DNA from: a virus
IMG/VR virus record: IMGVR_UViG_3300025133_000026
Length of the DNA: 64,000 nucleotides
Reading direction: 5' to 3' (one strand)
Below are positions 51,658 to 62,576 of this stretch, in pieces. Numbering within the stretch: position 1 is the stretch's first letter; the number at the start of each line of letters is the position of its first letter. The notes under the pieces are model-generated. The model had not been told where the DNA came from. It saw only the letters and a list, made by a program, of their open reading frames with translations, and searched no databases. The translations under genes were made by a program, and so were the position numbers.

Positions 51658-52098
51658 AGGCATATAGTACCAAAGAGGGAAACTTCTTTGGTATTCCTTA
51701 TACAAAAAGGCAATGGAATAGTTTTCAATATAAACAAACCATGTGTCCTGATTTCTCCTTATAGAAACCCAAAAAGTTACTAAAAAATATGACAGATTTT
51801 ACAGAAAACATTTATGCCTTTTTTCAATAAATCTCTGAACTCTTTAAAGGCTCATGTAAACAAGAACAGGGTAGCTAGAATTAAATCTCATATTCAAGAA
51901 AGTCATTTCTCTTTTTCTTCTTGGGCTGGAGATTATCGCGAAGACTGCTCGTTTCTCCTTGAGAAATAAAAAGTTTACAAAAACAACTTGATTATCAAAC
52001 AATGATGACAACAAATCATAATGATTTACCCGAAAAGAATGCAGATGAGCAAAGCTCTACTGCAAAAGAATAACAAACAAAGATAAACAGGAGTAAAT

Positions 52099-52359
52099 AT
52101 GACGTCACATCAAAGAAGTACACTTAGTCGTGTATCACGTCAGCGCTTTACCCAGCGTTATGGTTCAACCAGTTACAATATCATCAGCTCCTATGTTGCT
52201 TCAGACCGCAGCCTTAGCTCGCAAGAGCTTGCACAGACGCTTGGCGTCGCTGTCGGTACTGTTCGTACCACTCTAGGTAATTTTACCCGTGGTGCTTATG
52301 GCAGCATCGTTGATGACTGTAACTTTACTAGCCGTCACTTCCGTCCTGCTGTACGATAA
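52099..52359 (+). CDS. helix-turn-helix protein
   Basis: LSSQELAQTLGVAVGTVRTTL; AGGAG RBS. Confidence 0.65.
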   Translation: MTSHQRSTLSRVSRQRFTQRYGSTSYNIISSYVASDRSLSSQELAQTLGVAVGTVRTTLGNFTRGAYGSIVDDCNFTSRHFRPAVR

Positions 52360-52423
52360 ACAGCTTTCTCCAACCAAAAGAGAGGGGAACACAAATTTGT
52401 GTTCCCCTCGCAGGTTTATAACA

Positions 52424-53734
52424 ATGGACTCTATTGCTTTTACCCCAACATATAATCTGAAATCTAGTAATCCTATTTCAAAAATGGGAAAAAAGTATCT
52501 TCAGTCAATTCATCAACTAAGTGCTTTGTATTGTGTAACTAAATCTCAAAGAATAGATGCAGAACTATTGAAAAATGAAATGTATAGTACTTTAATATAT
52601 CCAATATTATTTACAGTAACTACAGATACAGACATTTTTCATAGAGTGGTCGCTTCACAAAATGTACTTACAAAACTAATTAAAAATACAGAACAAGGAG
52701 ATATGTTTTTGAGTCTTCCTCCTTGGGTGAATGATTTAGAAGATCAAAGCGATGCCGAAATCCATGGGACAACTATTTTTACCCAAATTGAAGGGAAAAA
52801 TATAGTCTTCTCTCATCCAGAGACAGTTGTGGGCCTTGCAGATTTTGGGATACAACTTACAAAAGGATGTAATTCAAAATACTGGGCTCTTCCCATTTCT
52901 TTAAAGAAAGATTTTACAATACCTTTATCTATAGGAGAAACAGTAGCTGCATTTACAGAAGCAGAACACCAACAATTTCTTAAAATTTATCAACAAACTT
53001 TACAGGGAAATATATATGTTGGAAATCTTATTCATAATGCTGCTCCTAGTACTTTAAAATATTCTCTTTTTTCTATCAAAGAAATAGGATTATTTCTTGG
53101 GTATATCAATTATATACTTCTTTATTCAAGCAGTTACCCCACCCTTGGTGCTGAACTTCACAATGCATTGCTAGATTCGAAAAGTACTTCAGATCAGATC
53201 AATAATTTGTTTGATCAAGTTAATAAAAGAAAATCATGGATTTCCTCGATTGCTTCTTATCCTACAATTAAAACAAATATAATTCAAATTCAAAACATTG
53301 CAAAACAAGTATCGATAGCAAGTCTTTCTTACTCAGCCTGTATTGGACCTGTCAGTCTCCCTGAAAACTCAATGCAAACAAAAGAAAAGAAAGATATTAA
53401 ATATAATATTCAATTCAGAATTCTCGATAAAAATAGACTAAGGGTTCAGTGTAAAAAGACTGGTGGATACGCATCAGAAGCATCTTATATATTTGACCTG
53501 TCCTCATCTTCAATCCTCTTACAAGCAAAGAATCTTTCTGACTTTAAAGAAAGAGATGTTCAGTTACTTATTCAAGAAAAACAACTTCAACATCTTTCTT
53601 ATGAAAAATCTTCATTTTATAAAGGCAGTGACCAATATTATTGTAAAGGAATATATGACCCAGCAAAAGGTCTTCTTGTCAGTATCAACGGAACAAAAAC
53701 ATTAATTGCAAAAGCAACAGAACTACAATTCTAA
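52424..53734 (+). CDS. 436-aa hypothetical protein
   Basis: ATG after the 52380-52409 hairpin. Confidence 0.75.
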   Translation: MDSIAFTPTYNLKSSNPISKMGKKYLQSIHQLSALYCVTKSQRIDAELLKNEMYSTLIYPILFTVTTDTDIFHRVVASQNVLTKLIKNTEQGDMFLSLPPWVNDLEDQSDAEIHGTTIFTQIEGKNIVFSHPETVVGLADFGIQLTKGCNSKYWALPISLKKDFTIPLSIGETVAAFTEAEHQQFLKIYQQTLQGNIYVGNLIHNAAPSTLKYSLFSIKEIGLFLGYINYILLYSSSYPTLGAELHNALLDSKSTSDQINNLFDQVNKRKSWISSIASYPTIKTNIIQIQNIAKQVSIASLSYSACIGPVSLPENSMQTKEKKDIKYNIQFRILDKNRLRVQCKKTGGYASEASYIFDLSSSSILLQAKNLSDFKERDVQLLIQEKQLQHLSYEKSSFYKGSDQYYCKGIYDPAKGLLVSINGTKTLIAKATELQF

Positions 53735-53744
53735 AGGAAAATCA

Positions 53745-54506
53745 ATGAGTAGCGGATATCATTATGGCGGATCAGGCTTTGGACAAAATATTGGTTGGTG
53801 TTTTGACACCAAAAATATAGAATTTTGGGGCTCATCAAAATCAAAATTAGATGATGTGTTAGATTCCACAGGTGAAGACTTTGCAGATACTGACCTTATC
53901 ATTAACTGCACTGGGCTCCCCTATACTATTAAACCTTTTATTAAGTCTGCTCCGACATGGCTTTTAAAAGAAAACAAAACAGAAAAAAGTTTGTCTCTTC
54001 CGCAACCACATCAATTAGTTCTTGAATGGAAAGACTTTAGTCCTCCCCCTAGGCATTATGAAAACCTAGATTTTTGGAAAAATATAGTAACAAGAGCAGA
54101 AGAACATGGAATCAAACGAATTTTTGTTTGCTGCCAAGGAGGTAAAGGACGTACTGGGACTGCTCTTTCTGCTCTTATGATGGCGACAAACATGGCCGAG
54201 GATCCATTCCAGGCTATTAATCGAGTTAGAGAAAACTATACAGAAAAAGCAGTAGAAACAACTAGTCAAACTAAATATCTCATCAACTGTTTCTATCCAG
54301 AAGGAGAAGAAAGAACTGAAGTTTATGATTATTTAGATCAGTTAGAAAAACAACGCCGAGCAGCTGAAAAATCAAAGACAACCACTAAATGGAAGCGTCC
54401 ACAATCAAATCAAGCTATAGCCGATGATGATCTCTATGAGGATGTTCTTGATGATGATACAGAAGATTCTGTCTCTTTTAAAACGTCTTATTCCAGCTAC
54501 AAGTAA
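53745..54506 (+). CDS. Cys-based (PTP/dual-specificity) phosphatase
   Basis: CX5R loop CQGGKGRTG; AI..VR..Y...AVET..Q. Confidence 0.9.
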   Translation: MSSGYHYGGSGFGQNIGWCFDTKNIEFWGSSKSKLDDVLDSTGEDFADTDLIINCTGLPYTIKPFIKSAPTWLLKENKTEKSLSLPQPHQLVLEWKDFSPPPRHYENLDFWKNIVTRAEEHGIKRIFVCCQGGKGRTGTALSALMMATNMAEDPFQAINRVRENYTEKAVETTSQTKYLINCFYPEGEERTEVYDYLDQLEKQRRAAEKSKTTTKWKRPQSNQAIADDDLYEDVLDDDTEDSVSFKTSYSSYK

Positions 54507-54534
54507 AGAAGAATTGCAACTAGGTGCAAAAACA

Positions 54535-56373
54535 ATGTCTTTTATTAAAAAGAAAAATATTGATGATGAGGTTCATCTATATGAAGAATATGCCCAAAAG
54601 GGAAATATCTTTCAGCCATCTAAAAATGTGAAAAAGATTAAAACTCAAAAAGCAAAAGGTGTCCTTGCTATTGAAGAGTATGCAATCCATGTTCAGTCTG
54701 TTAGGTGGAGCATTAACAGACATCTCTTGTTTGAGGCTGGGAGAGAATTTACTAAAGAAAATTTTAATTACCCTGTCTTTGTAAGACCGTGTCCTACAGT
54801 ACCCAGACATGGTTTTGTAGACTCAACAACATGCAAGACAGCCACACAATTAAACAAAATCTCTAAACAAACCCATAAGGTTGAACCTAAAGCAGAATTA
54901 CTTATTACCAAACCTATTCCTGCTACATATAGTGCGATCATCTCTGGTGATAGAATTACTTTTGGACCAGGAAATGATGGAGCTACTTCCGGCAAGCAAT
55001 GTCAATCTTTATATATCTCTGAGCCAGATTATCTCAGGCAACATATTATTAAAGACAATTGCGGGATAACCGAAGACCAGATTCCTTATTATGAATTAGT
55101 TTGTACTCAAAGAGAAACATTTCTTGTTCAAGTACGTGGGGGACCAGAGCTTCCTACATCAAAAAACTTTGTTCCGAATCAACTTATAGTAAACAAAGTA
55201 GTTAAAGCCGAGGGTGACCTTTTAAAATGGGAAACCATTGTAAGATCACTAAATCCTAAAACTACAGTTATTGATCACACTGAAGGAACCCTCTCCTCTC
55301 ATTACGCTGTTCACGCTATTCTAAACAACATTCCTATTTTTACTGAAAACTGTCCTCGGGTTGGTGACTTGGTTGTTCCTACCGAGGCTGCAAATGAAAT
55401 TACAGATGAAGAAAGAAAAGAATTTGCTAATGCTTACCTTTTCGGTCTCTCTAATATCAATACAGTTCTTAAAGAAAATAATGGGGGAGTAGATTTCTTT
55501 CGCCGCTCAACCAGACAGATTGTAGAGCTTGCTGTTGCATGTTTACATAACTTTAGTGCTCTCTATCGTCACAGAGACTGGAAGCTCTTAGGGACGACTC
55601 TAGGCTTGTTCGCAAGGGTTTGTTACTCTGTCTCTGCAGGAGAAATGAGACACGCTAACTCTAAAGCAAATAAAGAGTGGAAGAATATAAAAGCTTGTCA
55701 TACACATGAAGAGCGTGGGAAAACTTACCGTAAAAATTTATGTCTTAGTGCCCCAGATGTTCAAACAAGCATTGAAGATATTTGCAAAGGCTTTAGCATT
55801 AAAGGTTGGGAGTCAGGATTTGGAGGAAAAGCATGGGCTAATTGTACTTCTTCAATCATGGAGCTACACAATCATTGTGTTGACGGGGATATCAAAGAAG
55901 CAGTTGCTCAATTCAATAATGTTATTCATGAAGAACATAACGGTGGCCTATATCTTAACAAAGTAGTTAATTCTGGTATCTTTGATACTGCTGCTAGAAA
56001 CTCAACTCTGTTTATGTTTCAGAATTTAAAAAATAGTATTCATATTCTTGGTAGTCTTTATAATCAATCACAACCAAAAGAATATTGTCTTCGCAAACTT
56101 TTTATTTCAGCTTCTGCTCAACCAAAAACTCAACCAAAAAAGGCAGAGCCTACAGATATGACAATTAAAAGAACAGGAAAACAAACACTTCTTACTTCTC
56201 CCGATATTTGTATTGACCTTACTAATGATTACAGTTGGGATTTATGGAATACCACAGAAAAAGAAACTCCACTTTACTCTGGAAAGATTCCTTATTGGTA
56301 TACAAATAGCAAAGGAAAGAAAGTTATATCTAAAGCAAAGGTAACTAAACTATGCAAACAAAACAAGTCATAA
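54535..56373 (+). CDS. dikinase-like protein (ATP-grasp-like + PEP-utiliser His-swivel + helical C-domain)
   Basis: RPCP..PRHGFVDS, G.GNDGAT, LVQVRGGP, GTLSSHYAVHA...IP, FGGKAW, HNGG.YLNK. Confidence 0.6.
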   Translation: MSFIKKKNIDDEVHLYEEYAQKGNIFQPSKNVKKIKTQKAKGVLAIEEYAIHVQSVRWSINRHLLFEAGREFTKENFNYPVFVRPCPTVPRHGFVDSTTCKTATQLNKISKQTHKVEPKAELLITKPIPATYSAIISGDRITFGPGNDGATSGKQCQSLYISEPDYLRQHIIKDNCGITEDQIPYYELVCTQRETFLVQVRGGPELPTSKNFVPNQLIVNKVVKAEGDLLKWETIVRSLNPKTTVIDHTEGTLSSHYAVHAILNNIPIFTENCPRVGDLVVPTEAANEITDEERKEFANAYLFGLSNINTVLKENNGGVDFFRRSTRQIVELAVACLHNFSALYRHRDWKLLGTTLGLFARVCYSVSAGEMRHANSKANKEWKNIKACHTHEERGKTYRKNLCLSAPDVQTSIEDICKGFSIKGWESGFGGKAWANCTSSIMELHNHCVDGDIKEAVAQFNNVIHEEHNGGLYLNKVVNSGIFDTAARNSTLFMFQNLKNSIHILGSLYNQSQPKEYCLRKLFISASAQPKTQPKKAEPTDMTIKRTGKQTLLTSPDICIDLTNDYSWDLWNTTEKETPLYSGKIPYWYTNSKGKKVISKAKVTKLCKQNKS

Positions 56374-56442
56374 TAGACCTTATTAGAATAAACTATAAAC
56401 AATTTTCAACACTGTTAATTAAAGATTTAATTAGGAATAAAA

Positions 56443-56871
56443 ATGAATGTAAAGCAGGTTATTGTTGTAAGAACAAAATACCCCGATAATAAAGGGGGAA
56501 CACGAAAATTAAGAACGGGAAAACTTATGGCACAAGCCGCTCATGCTTCAATGAAAGTCTTTCTCGACATGATGGCTGAAACAACTTATGAAAACAGTCC
56601 ATACAGTTCCTTTTTTATGGAACTAAGCCACACAAGCCCTGTATATCACTGGCTGTCTGGTCCTTTTGCAAAGATCTGTTGTTATGTAGAGAGTGAAAAA
56701 GATCTATTGGACTTATATTACAGAGCCCGCGCAGCGGGCCTTCCTGCTAGTCTTATTAAAGACTCGGGCAAGACTGAATTCCATGGTGTTCCTACCAATA
56801 CATGTATTGCTATAGGACCAGCAGAGAATAAAGATATAGATAAGATCACTGGAGATTTGAAACTACTATGA
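56443..56871 (+). CDS. pth2: peptidyl-tRNA hydrolase 2 (archaeal/eukaryotic type)
   Basis: KQVIVVR, GKLMAQAAHAS, IKDSGKTE, TCIAIGP, IDKITGDLKLL. Confidence 0.95.
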   Translation: MNVKQVIVVRTKYPDNKGGTRKLRTGKLMAQAAHASMKVFLDMMAETTYENSPYSSFFMELSHTSPVYHWLSGPFAKICCYVESEKDLLDLYYRARAAGLPASLIKDSGKTEFHGVPTNTCIAIGPAENKDIDKITGDLKLL

Positions 56872-57623
56872 AAGAAAATTGGAGAACAGACCCTCTTCCC
56901 AAAAGAAGGTTTTTCTTCTGGGGAAAGGGAGAAATAGATGGTGTCTTTTGTCACTCTATCTTTATAAGAGAACAAGACTTTCATCCTGATGATCTCAAGC
57001 TTCCATATCGTCGAAGAAGAATGGTCTGGGGGCATAGAAGAATAGATATAATCTCTTGTCGTTGGAGTAGGGGAGAGCCTTACAGAATGAGGGGATGGTC
57101 TGAAATAGAAGAACCGCAGGATTAGAATGATATTAAAAAATATTATCTTAGATCTCTTGGAAAACAAGAGTAGACTTAAAAAACATAATCAATTACGTTC
57201 TCGAATAGAAAACTTTACTCCACCTGGTCAGCCAAATTATAGTTGTTCATTTCAGTTTGGTGGTTCACAATTAAGATGGAAGTGTGGTTGTGAACGAACC
57301 ATCATGAACAAAACACACTATAACGAATTATGTCAGACACACCTAAATCAACTGAAGTAAAAGCTTACAAGAGACCACGCCCTACACGTAGACAACTCAA
57401 GAGAGAAATACAGATAGGACGTGAACATATTGGAGAATTAGCAAGTTGGCAAAAAGGACGTGAACAACGTATAGCTATTTGTCTTGGTCTTTCAAAGAAT
57501 GCAACTCTGCCAATGATTGAAAAGGAGGCGCGGAGATTATACACTATCTCTCAGAAACAAGCACAGGGCACTTCTCTTCTTCCTAAAAAGACTAAAAAGA
57601 AAAAGACAAAATCCAAAGTATAA
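56868..57623 (+). CDS. three hypothetical ORFs 56868..57125, 57127..57360, 57330..57623
   Basis: Overlapping chain. Confidence 0.6.
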
Positions 57624-57670
57624 TATTCTTGTAGCCTTCAGGGCTCATAGACATAAAGGAGTAACTAGCT

Positions 57671-58549
57671 TTGGTTCAAGAGACTCTTCATACCGTTCAC
57701 GTTGATCCCAACACATTGAATAATCTTTATAACAAGAATGCTGTTAAGATCAGTGATGTTAATTCTAACTATCCAATCCTTTCATCAGAAATTCTTTATC
57801 CTAATGCACAGCTTATCCTTAAGCATGAATCACAAAGTGCATTGGCTGTTATTGATCCCGCTTGCAATTTTATAGAGCTATGCTTTAGTAATAATGCACC
57901 GTTTGGCATTAGTCCTCGCAACACAGAACAAACAGTTCTAATGCATCAATTACAAAATGATGATATTAAGTTACAGATTATTGCAGGAAAAGCTGGCTGC
58001 GGCAAGTCTCTGCTTGCAATGGCTTCAGGCCTTAGTAAAGTTCTAGAAGATAATCTGTATAAAAGACTAGTTATTACTAAGCCTACTTATCAAGTGGGAG
58101 AAAAGGGTGCCTTCGCCGCAGTCCCCGGTAATATTCAAGAAAAGTATGAACCTTATCTTATGAACTTCATGATGACTCTTGAAGAGTTAGGCATGGAGAG
58201 AGCTTATCTAAATATTATTAAAGAGAAAAGATTAATAGAATTTGTACCTCTGCAATTAATGAGAGGAATGTCTTTTAAAAACTGCATGGTAGTCGCTGAT
58301 GAAGTACAGTCTCTATCAAGACATGAGATGCAAACTCTTTGCTCAAGAATTGGAGCTAACTCCAAGCTTGTTTTGCTTGGTGATCCAAGACAAATAGATA
58401 GAAGCATATCATTTAATGAAACAGGCCTTGCCCGTTTAATCAAATCTGACAGAATAAAATATTCTGATCTATGTGCTATGACTCATCTAACAAAGAATGA
58501 AAGAAGTAGACTTAGTACATTATTAGATGATGTTCTTTTAGAAGACTAA
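57671..58549 (+). CDS. phoH: PhoH-family ATPase
   Basis: GKAGCGKS, MRGMSF, ADEVQ, SKLVLLGD..QID. Confidence 0.93.
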   Translation: MVQETLHTVHVDPNTLNNLYNKNAVKISDVNSNYPILSSEILYPNAQLILKHESQSALAVIDPACNFIELCFSNNAPFGISPRNTEQTVLMHQLQNDDIKLQIIAGKAGCGKSLLAMASGLSKVLEDNLYKRLVITKPTYQVGEKGAFAAVPGNIQEKYEPYLMNFMMTLEELGMERAYLNIIKEKRLIEFVPLQLMRGMSFKNCMVVADEVQSLSRHEMQTLCSRIGANSKLVLLGDPRQIDRSISFNETGLARLIKSDRIKYSDLCAMTHLTKNERSRLSTLLDDVLLED

Positions 58550-58599
58550 TCTTTTTCAAAAGATTATGGGAAAGGAAGAGGGTAAAACCTCTCCCTGTT

Positions 58600-60037
58600 T
58601 TGTTTATGATTATAAAATCTTACACTGATTCAGAATGTGTTGTCCTTTGTATCTTCTGTACTATAACTTATCGTTTAATAAGTAATTTTATTTTAGAGTG
58701 TTCTCTTGATCATGGCAATGGGGCTCATGATTATATAATCATGAGGCCTGGCGATAATATTATTCCAGGAGATCTTATTGCCTCAAACTGGTTATACCCA
58801 CTCACCAAGTGGCAAGAAAATCTTAAGAAAGAAATAATAGAAATTGAATATAAATATATAACTATAGGGAAAGAGTTTCCTAAGATACTTCAAATACTGC
58901 AGGAAAGGATTAAACGATGGGATACATCAGAGAATTAGACCTGCCACCTGGCAGTAAATATAGATGTATATACGGTGTTCATCTTAAAATTAAAAGAAAG
59001 AGGGAGCACTATACTGGATGGACTTTTTATGCTTCTGCAGACCATCTCAACAGATGGAGACTAACACCTACTCTAGGGTATGGAAAAACATATTTGTCTT
59101 CCGAAGCACAAGAAGAATTTGTAAAAATTCTCCTTAACCTAGAGTATGAGCACCTAACTTCTGGTGATAAGACTTACTTCCCTAATCTATATCCAGTACT
59201 GAGAAAATTAGAAAATGATGCAGATAAAAAAGGTTGAAGATATCTATGAATGGAAACCTATCCATATTCATATAGAAAAAAATAGTTATCAACTGTCAAC
59301 AGAGTGGTCTCGAAATGAATCGGTAACAAACCTCTCGCCTTTTTATCGAAAAGATTTATTAAATTGCTTGCAAAACTTACAATACAAAGCTATAATAACT
59401 GAAGATAAAGAGTTCTTTCCAGAACTCTTACCACTATTAAAAGCATTAGAAGAAATAGATCAATAATTAATGACTGAAAAATATATTCTCAAAGTAAAAA
59501 CCTGGGCCCCAATTAGTTTTCATAAAAATGAAGATGATAGAATCATTGCTTTCGCAGACAAGCCGCGCAAAAAATATATTCTATCAGAAAAACCACTCTA
59601 TCTTTCAGGGTTTGACGGCTGGGCTGATCATTGGTTATGCAAAACAAAAGAAACTTTAGAAGATTCAATATATGAGTCTCTTCTTTGTGGCAATAAAGAA
59701 CAATTAGATTTAATAGAAAGACTTTTATTTCTTACCAAGAAAGCAATTTATTTTCAAACTATTAGTAATCGAAAAAATATATATCAAAATGAATAGAGAA
59801 GAATTAATCCAAAGTATAGAACACTCCTTAAACTCATCTGGTCTATCAGACAGAGAGAAAGTACGTGCACTTAGCAATGTCTTGATTGACTATGGATGTG
59901 CACTTGAGTCTATATCTGAACCAGTTACCACCACCACACTTAAAAAGATAGAGCAAGACTATTATCAGTCCCCAACCTTGGGTAAAGCTCTTATCATGCA
60001 AGGAAGCCTCATGCTTACATGGGGTGCAACACATTAA
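58600..60037 (+). CDS. run of ORFs 58600..58938, 58917..59237, 59215..59466, 59470..59796, 59789..60037
   Basis: First four share a late E/L-x-Y-x-x-(I/L)-x-x-G/E helix. Confidence 0.65.
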
Positions 60038-60066
60038 ACACAAATAAAAATAACAGGATAAATCAT

Positions 60067-60594
60067 ATGGAAACATTGTATATCAACCGTCCCAATCAGT
60101 ACGCTATTTACAAAGGCATTAAAGGAAATAACGGAGCCATTCAATTTAACTTGATTCCGTTTGACCCCGCGCGTGCAAACGTAGATGATGATCGCAAACT
60201 GCAAGAAAAAGACAAAAAAGGTTGGTTGCTTATCGATGCAGCCAGTGCTTCTGGACCCAATCAATATGATTGGAGCACAGATATTAAATTCTCTATGTCT
60301 GAAACAGATATTGGCAAGTTTCTTGTTGGTATCGGTCGAATGGGGAGTGAAGGAGACACTTTAGTTAATATCTTTCACAAACATGAAAAGACAGGGGCCA
60401 CTAAGAAACTAATCATTACACAAGGCAGAGTGTATCAAGGTAATCCAACCTGGATGTTTGCTCTTCTTTGTACAGACAGTACAGGCACTCGAAATGTCAA
60501 TGTACCTATTAGCAAAGACGAAATGCTTGTTCTGAAGCTTCTGCTTGAAGCAGCAGTTCCCTCTATTCTTGGATGGAGTGCTCGTAGTGTCTAA
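60067..60594 (+). CDS. Whirly-like ssDNA-binding protein
   Basis: YAIYKG, A.A.G.NQYDWS, FS.SET.IG, VPISKDEMLVL...VPSILGW. Confidence 0.75.
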   Translation: METLYINRPNQYAIYKGIKGNNGAIQFNLIPFDPARANVDDDRKLQEKDKKGWLLIDAASASGPNQYDWSTDIKFSMSETDIGKFLVGIGRMGSEGDTLVNIFHKHEKTGATKKLIITQGRVYQGNPTWMFALLCTDSTGTRNVNVPISKDEMLVLKLLLEAAVPSILGWSARSV

Positions 60595-61274
60595 GCCAAT
60601 TGTAAATGCACATATCTTCGCTCAACTTTTTGACGAAATGGCTTGGGGTGGTCTAGTCTTACTAGAAAGTTCTGAATTTGAAAAACAACAAAGATTAGAA
60701 TTTACACTTCCCTTACCCGCTAACGCTGATCCTTCTTATGCTGAAGAGTCAGTTGTTTATGAGGCTAGCAAAATGCTTCCCATGAGATTAAAATGGCCTG
60801 ACTATATTGTCACAAATTTTATTGTCTCTTCTGAAGAAGTAAAGAAAAGAGTTGAATCTAACGAACACATAAGTAAAAATATGAAACAATATGCCTACCA
60901 AACAACCGTCAGAAAAAACGATAGCACTGGAGAATGAAAAGGGAGAGATGCTTAACCTCTTAGATTTGGTCTCACAAATCTTAGACAAAAGCACATCATC
61001 TCAAATAGATGAAAAATCTCAACTTCTTTCAGCAATTAGTGCAACTCAAATTGTTAAAGATATGGGACAACGAGGATCAGATGAGGTTATTGCCTTATAT
61101 AAAATCTATCCAAACTTGATACCTTTACTGGCTGGTGTATTCCAGACAGGGCTTAAACTTGGCCTATTCATTGCACGAAAAAACATTAAGATTACATTAC
61201 AGGAATCTAATGCAGAAAGTGATCAGTCAAGTAGCCAAACTAATAGTTCCAATAGTCATACCGATTCTAATTGA
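60587..61274 (+). CDS. two hypothetical ORFs 60587..60937, 60948..61274
   Basis: RBS GGGAG before 60948. Confidence 0.65.
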
Positions 61275-61345
61275 GATGACTCTTAAAGAGTTCTTCGGAT
61301 TATCTGAAGACAAAATAAAACAACATGTAGAAAACAGGAGAAAAA

Positions 61346-61687
61346 ATGAGTGATTTGAAAGTAACCAATGTAAAGTTCTGGCCGCGCACCGGTAACGGTG
61401 CCCTCAAGGCTTTTGCCGATGTAGAGTTTAACGGAGAGATGACCGTCAAGGGATTCTCTGTGTTCTCTGGTCAGAACGGCATCTGGGCGAAGGCCCCTTC
61501 CGACAGAGTAGAAAAGAATGGTGAGACGCAGTATTACCCGCGTATCATGTTCCGTTCTACCGGCGAGGAGAAGAGTACTCATCCAGTGCTCAAGGCCATT
61601 GTCGATGCTTATACTGGTGGTTCGTCTGCCCAGACTAAGTCTACCCCTCAACCGGCAGATGCAGGTCTTGGTAGCGATCCCTGGTAA
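61346..61687 (+). CDS. spoVG: SpoVG-family nucleic-acid-binding protein
   Basis: VTNVK, LKAFADV.F, V.G..V..GQNG.W...PS; AGGAG RBS. Confidence 0.85.
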   Translation: MSDLKVTNVKFWPRTGNGALKAFADVEFNGEMTVKGFSVFSGQNGIWAKAPSDRVEKNGETQYYPRIMFRSTGEEKSTHPVLKAIVDAYTGGSSAQTKSTPQPADAGLGSDPW

Positions 61688-61708
61688 ACATAGAGTAACT
61701 CTCAAAAC

Positions 61709-61742
61709 AAGGGGCGGGGAGAAATCTCCGCCCCTTTGTTAT
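61709..61742 (+). terminator. intrinsic terminator
   Basis: AAGGGGCGGGGAGA/TCTCCGCCCCTT followed by TGTT. Confidence 0.75.
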
Positions 61743-61915
61743 TGAAAAGAGAACGCGTGGACAAATTCAAAAATATAGAGCCCAACCTTATTGAATTGTT
61801 TAAATTTATTCGTCAGTTCTATCCTAAATTAGAGCAAGAAATTGTATACAAAGCTCTTCTTACCGACAAGAAGAGTAAATTTGTACAATATATTCTAGAA
61901 GAAGGAGAAGAATAG

Positions 61916-62576
61916 GTGATAAACTGGGGAAGTCCTTCCAATATAGTTTTATCCAAGATTGATTTAAGACCTGGATTCTCCTGGAGACTTACTTACAAAT
62001 GTTGGGGTTGGCATATACACTTCTTTCATAAAAGCAATGGTACTTGGTATTGGCAACACAATCCAGACATACTTAGCTACGCACGACCATTAACAATTCC
62101 CCCCGAGCCTGTACGTCGAGAGGAATTTAAAAATTGGATAAAAGATAAACTTTATATTCAGTTAATAACCCCAACAAAAAACAATGAACTTATAGAGGTT
62201 TTAGAAACAATGCTTGTTGAAGCAGAGGATTGAGGTGGGTTTGCCACCACCATATAAAATGAAGCTAGAGAAAGTTAAAAACACTTGGGTTTTAACTTTT
62301 CGTACATTTGGAAACCATTGTATTTCTATTAACAAATCACAAGAAGGATGGTTCTTCGAGACTATCGGCAGAGGTCTTGCCATAACAGATTCTATCGACA
62401 AGCTTCTTCTTCGAACATATCTATCTCATTATCCATATCTATATAGATTTAAAGCATGGCTAGAAGAAGAACTCTATACAGCATGGATGACAGATAATCC
62501 CGAACACTTAGAGATTTTGGAAATTCTATTAAATAATACTAAAAAGCATATACAGCGGTGGGAAACAAAACTATGA
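61916..62576 (+). CDS. two hypothetical ORFs 61916..62233, 62214..62576
   Basis: W-rich N-terminus; late LY.QLIT/LY.AWMT helix. Confidence 0.65.
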
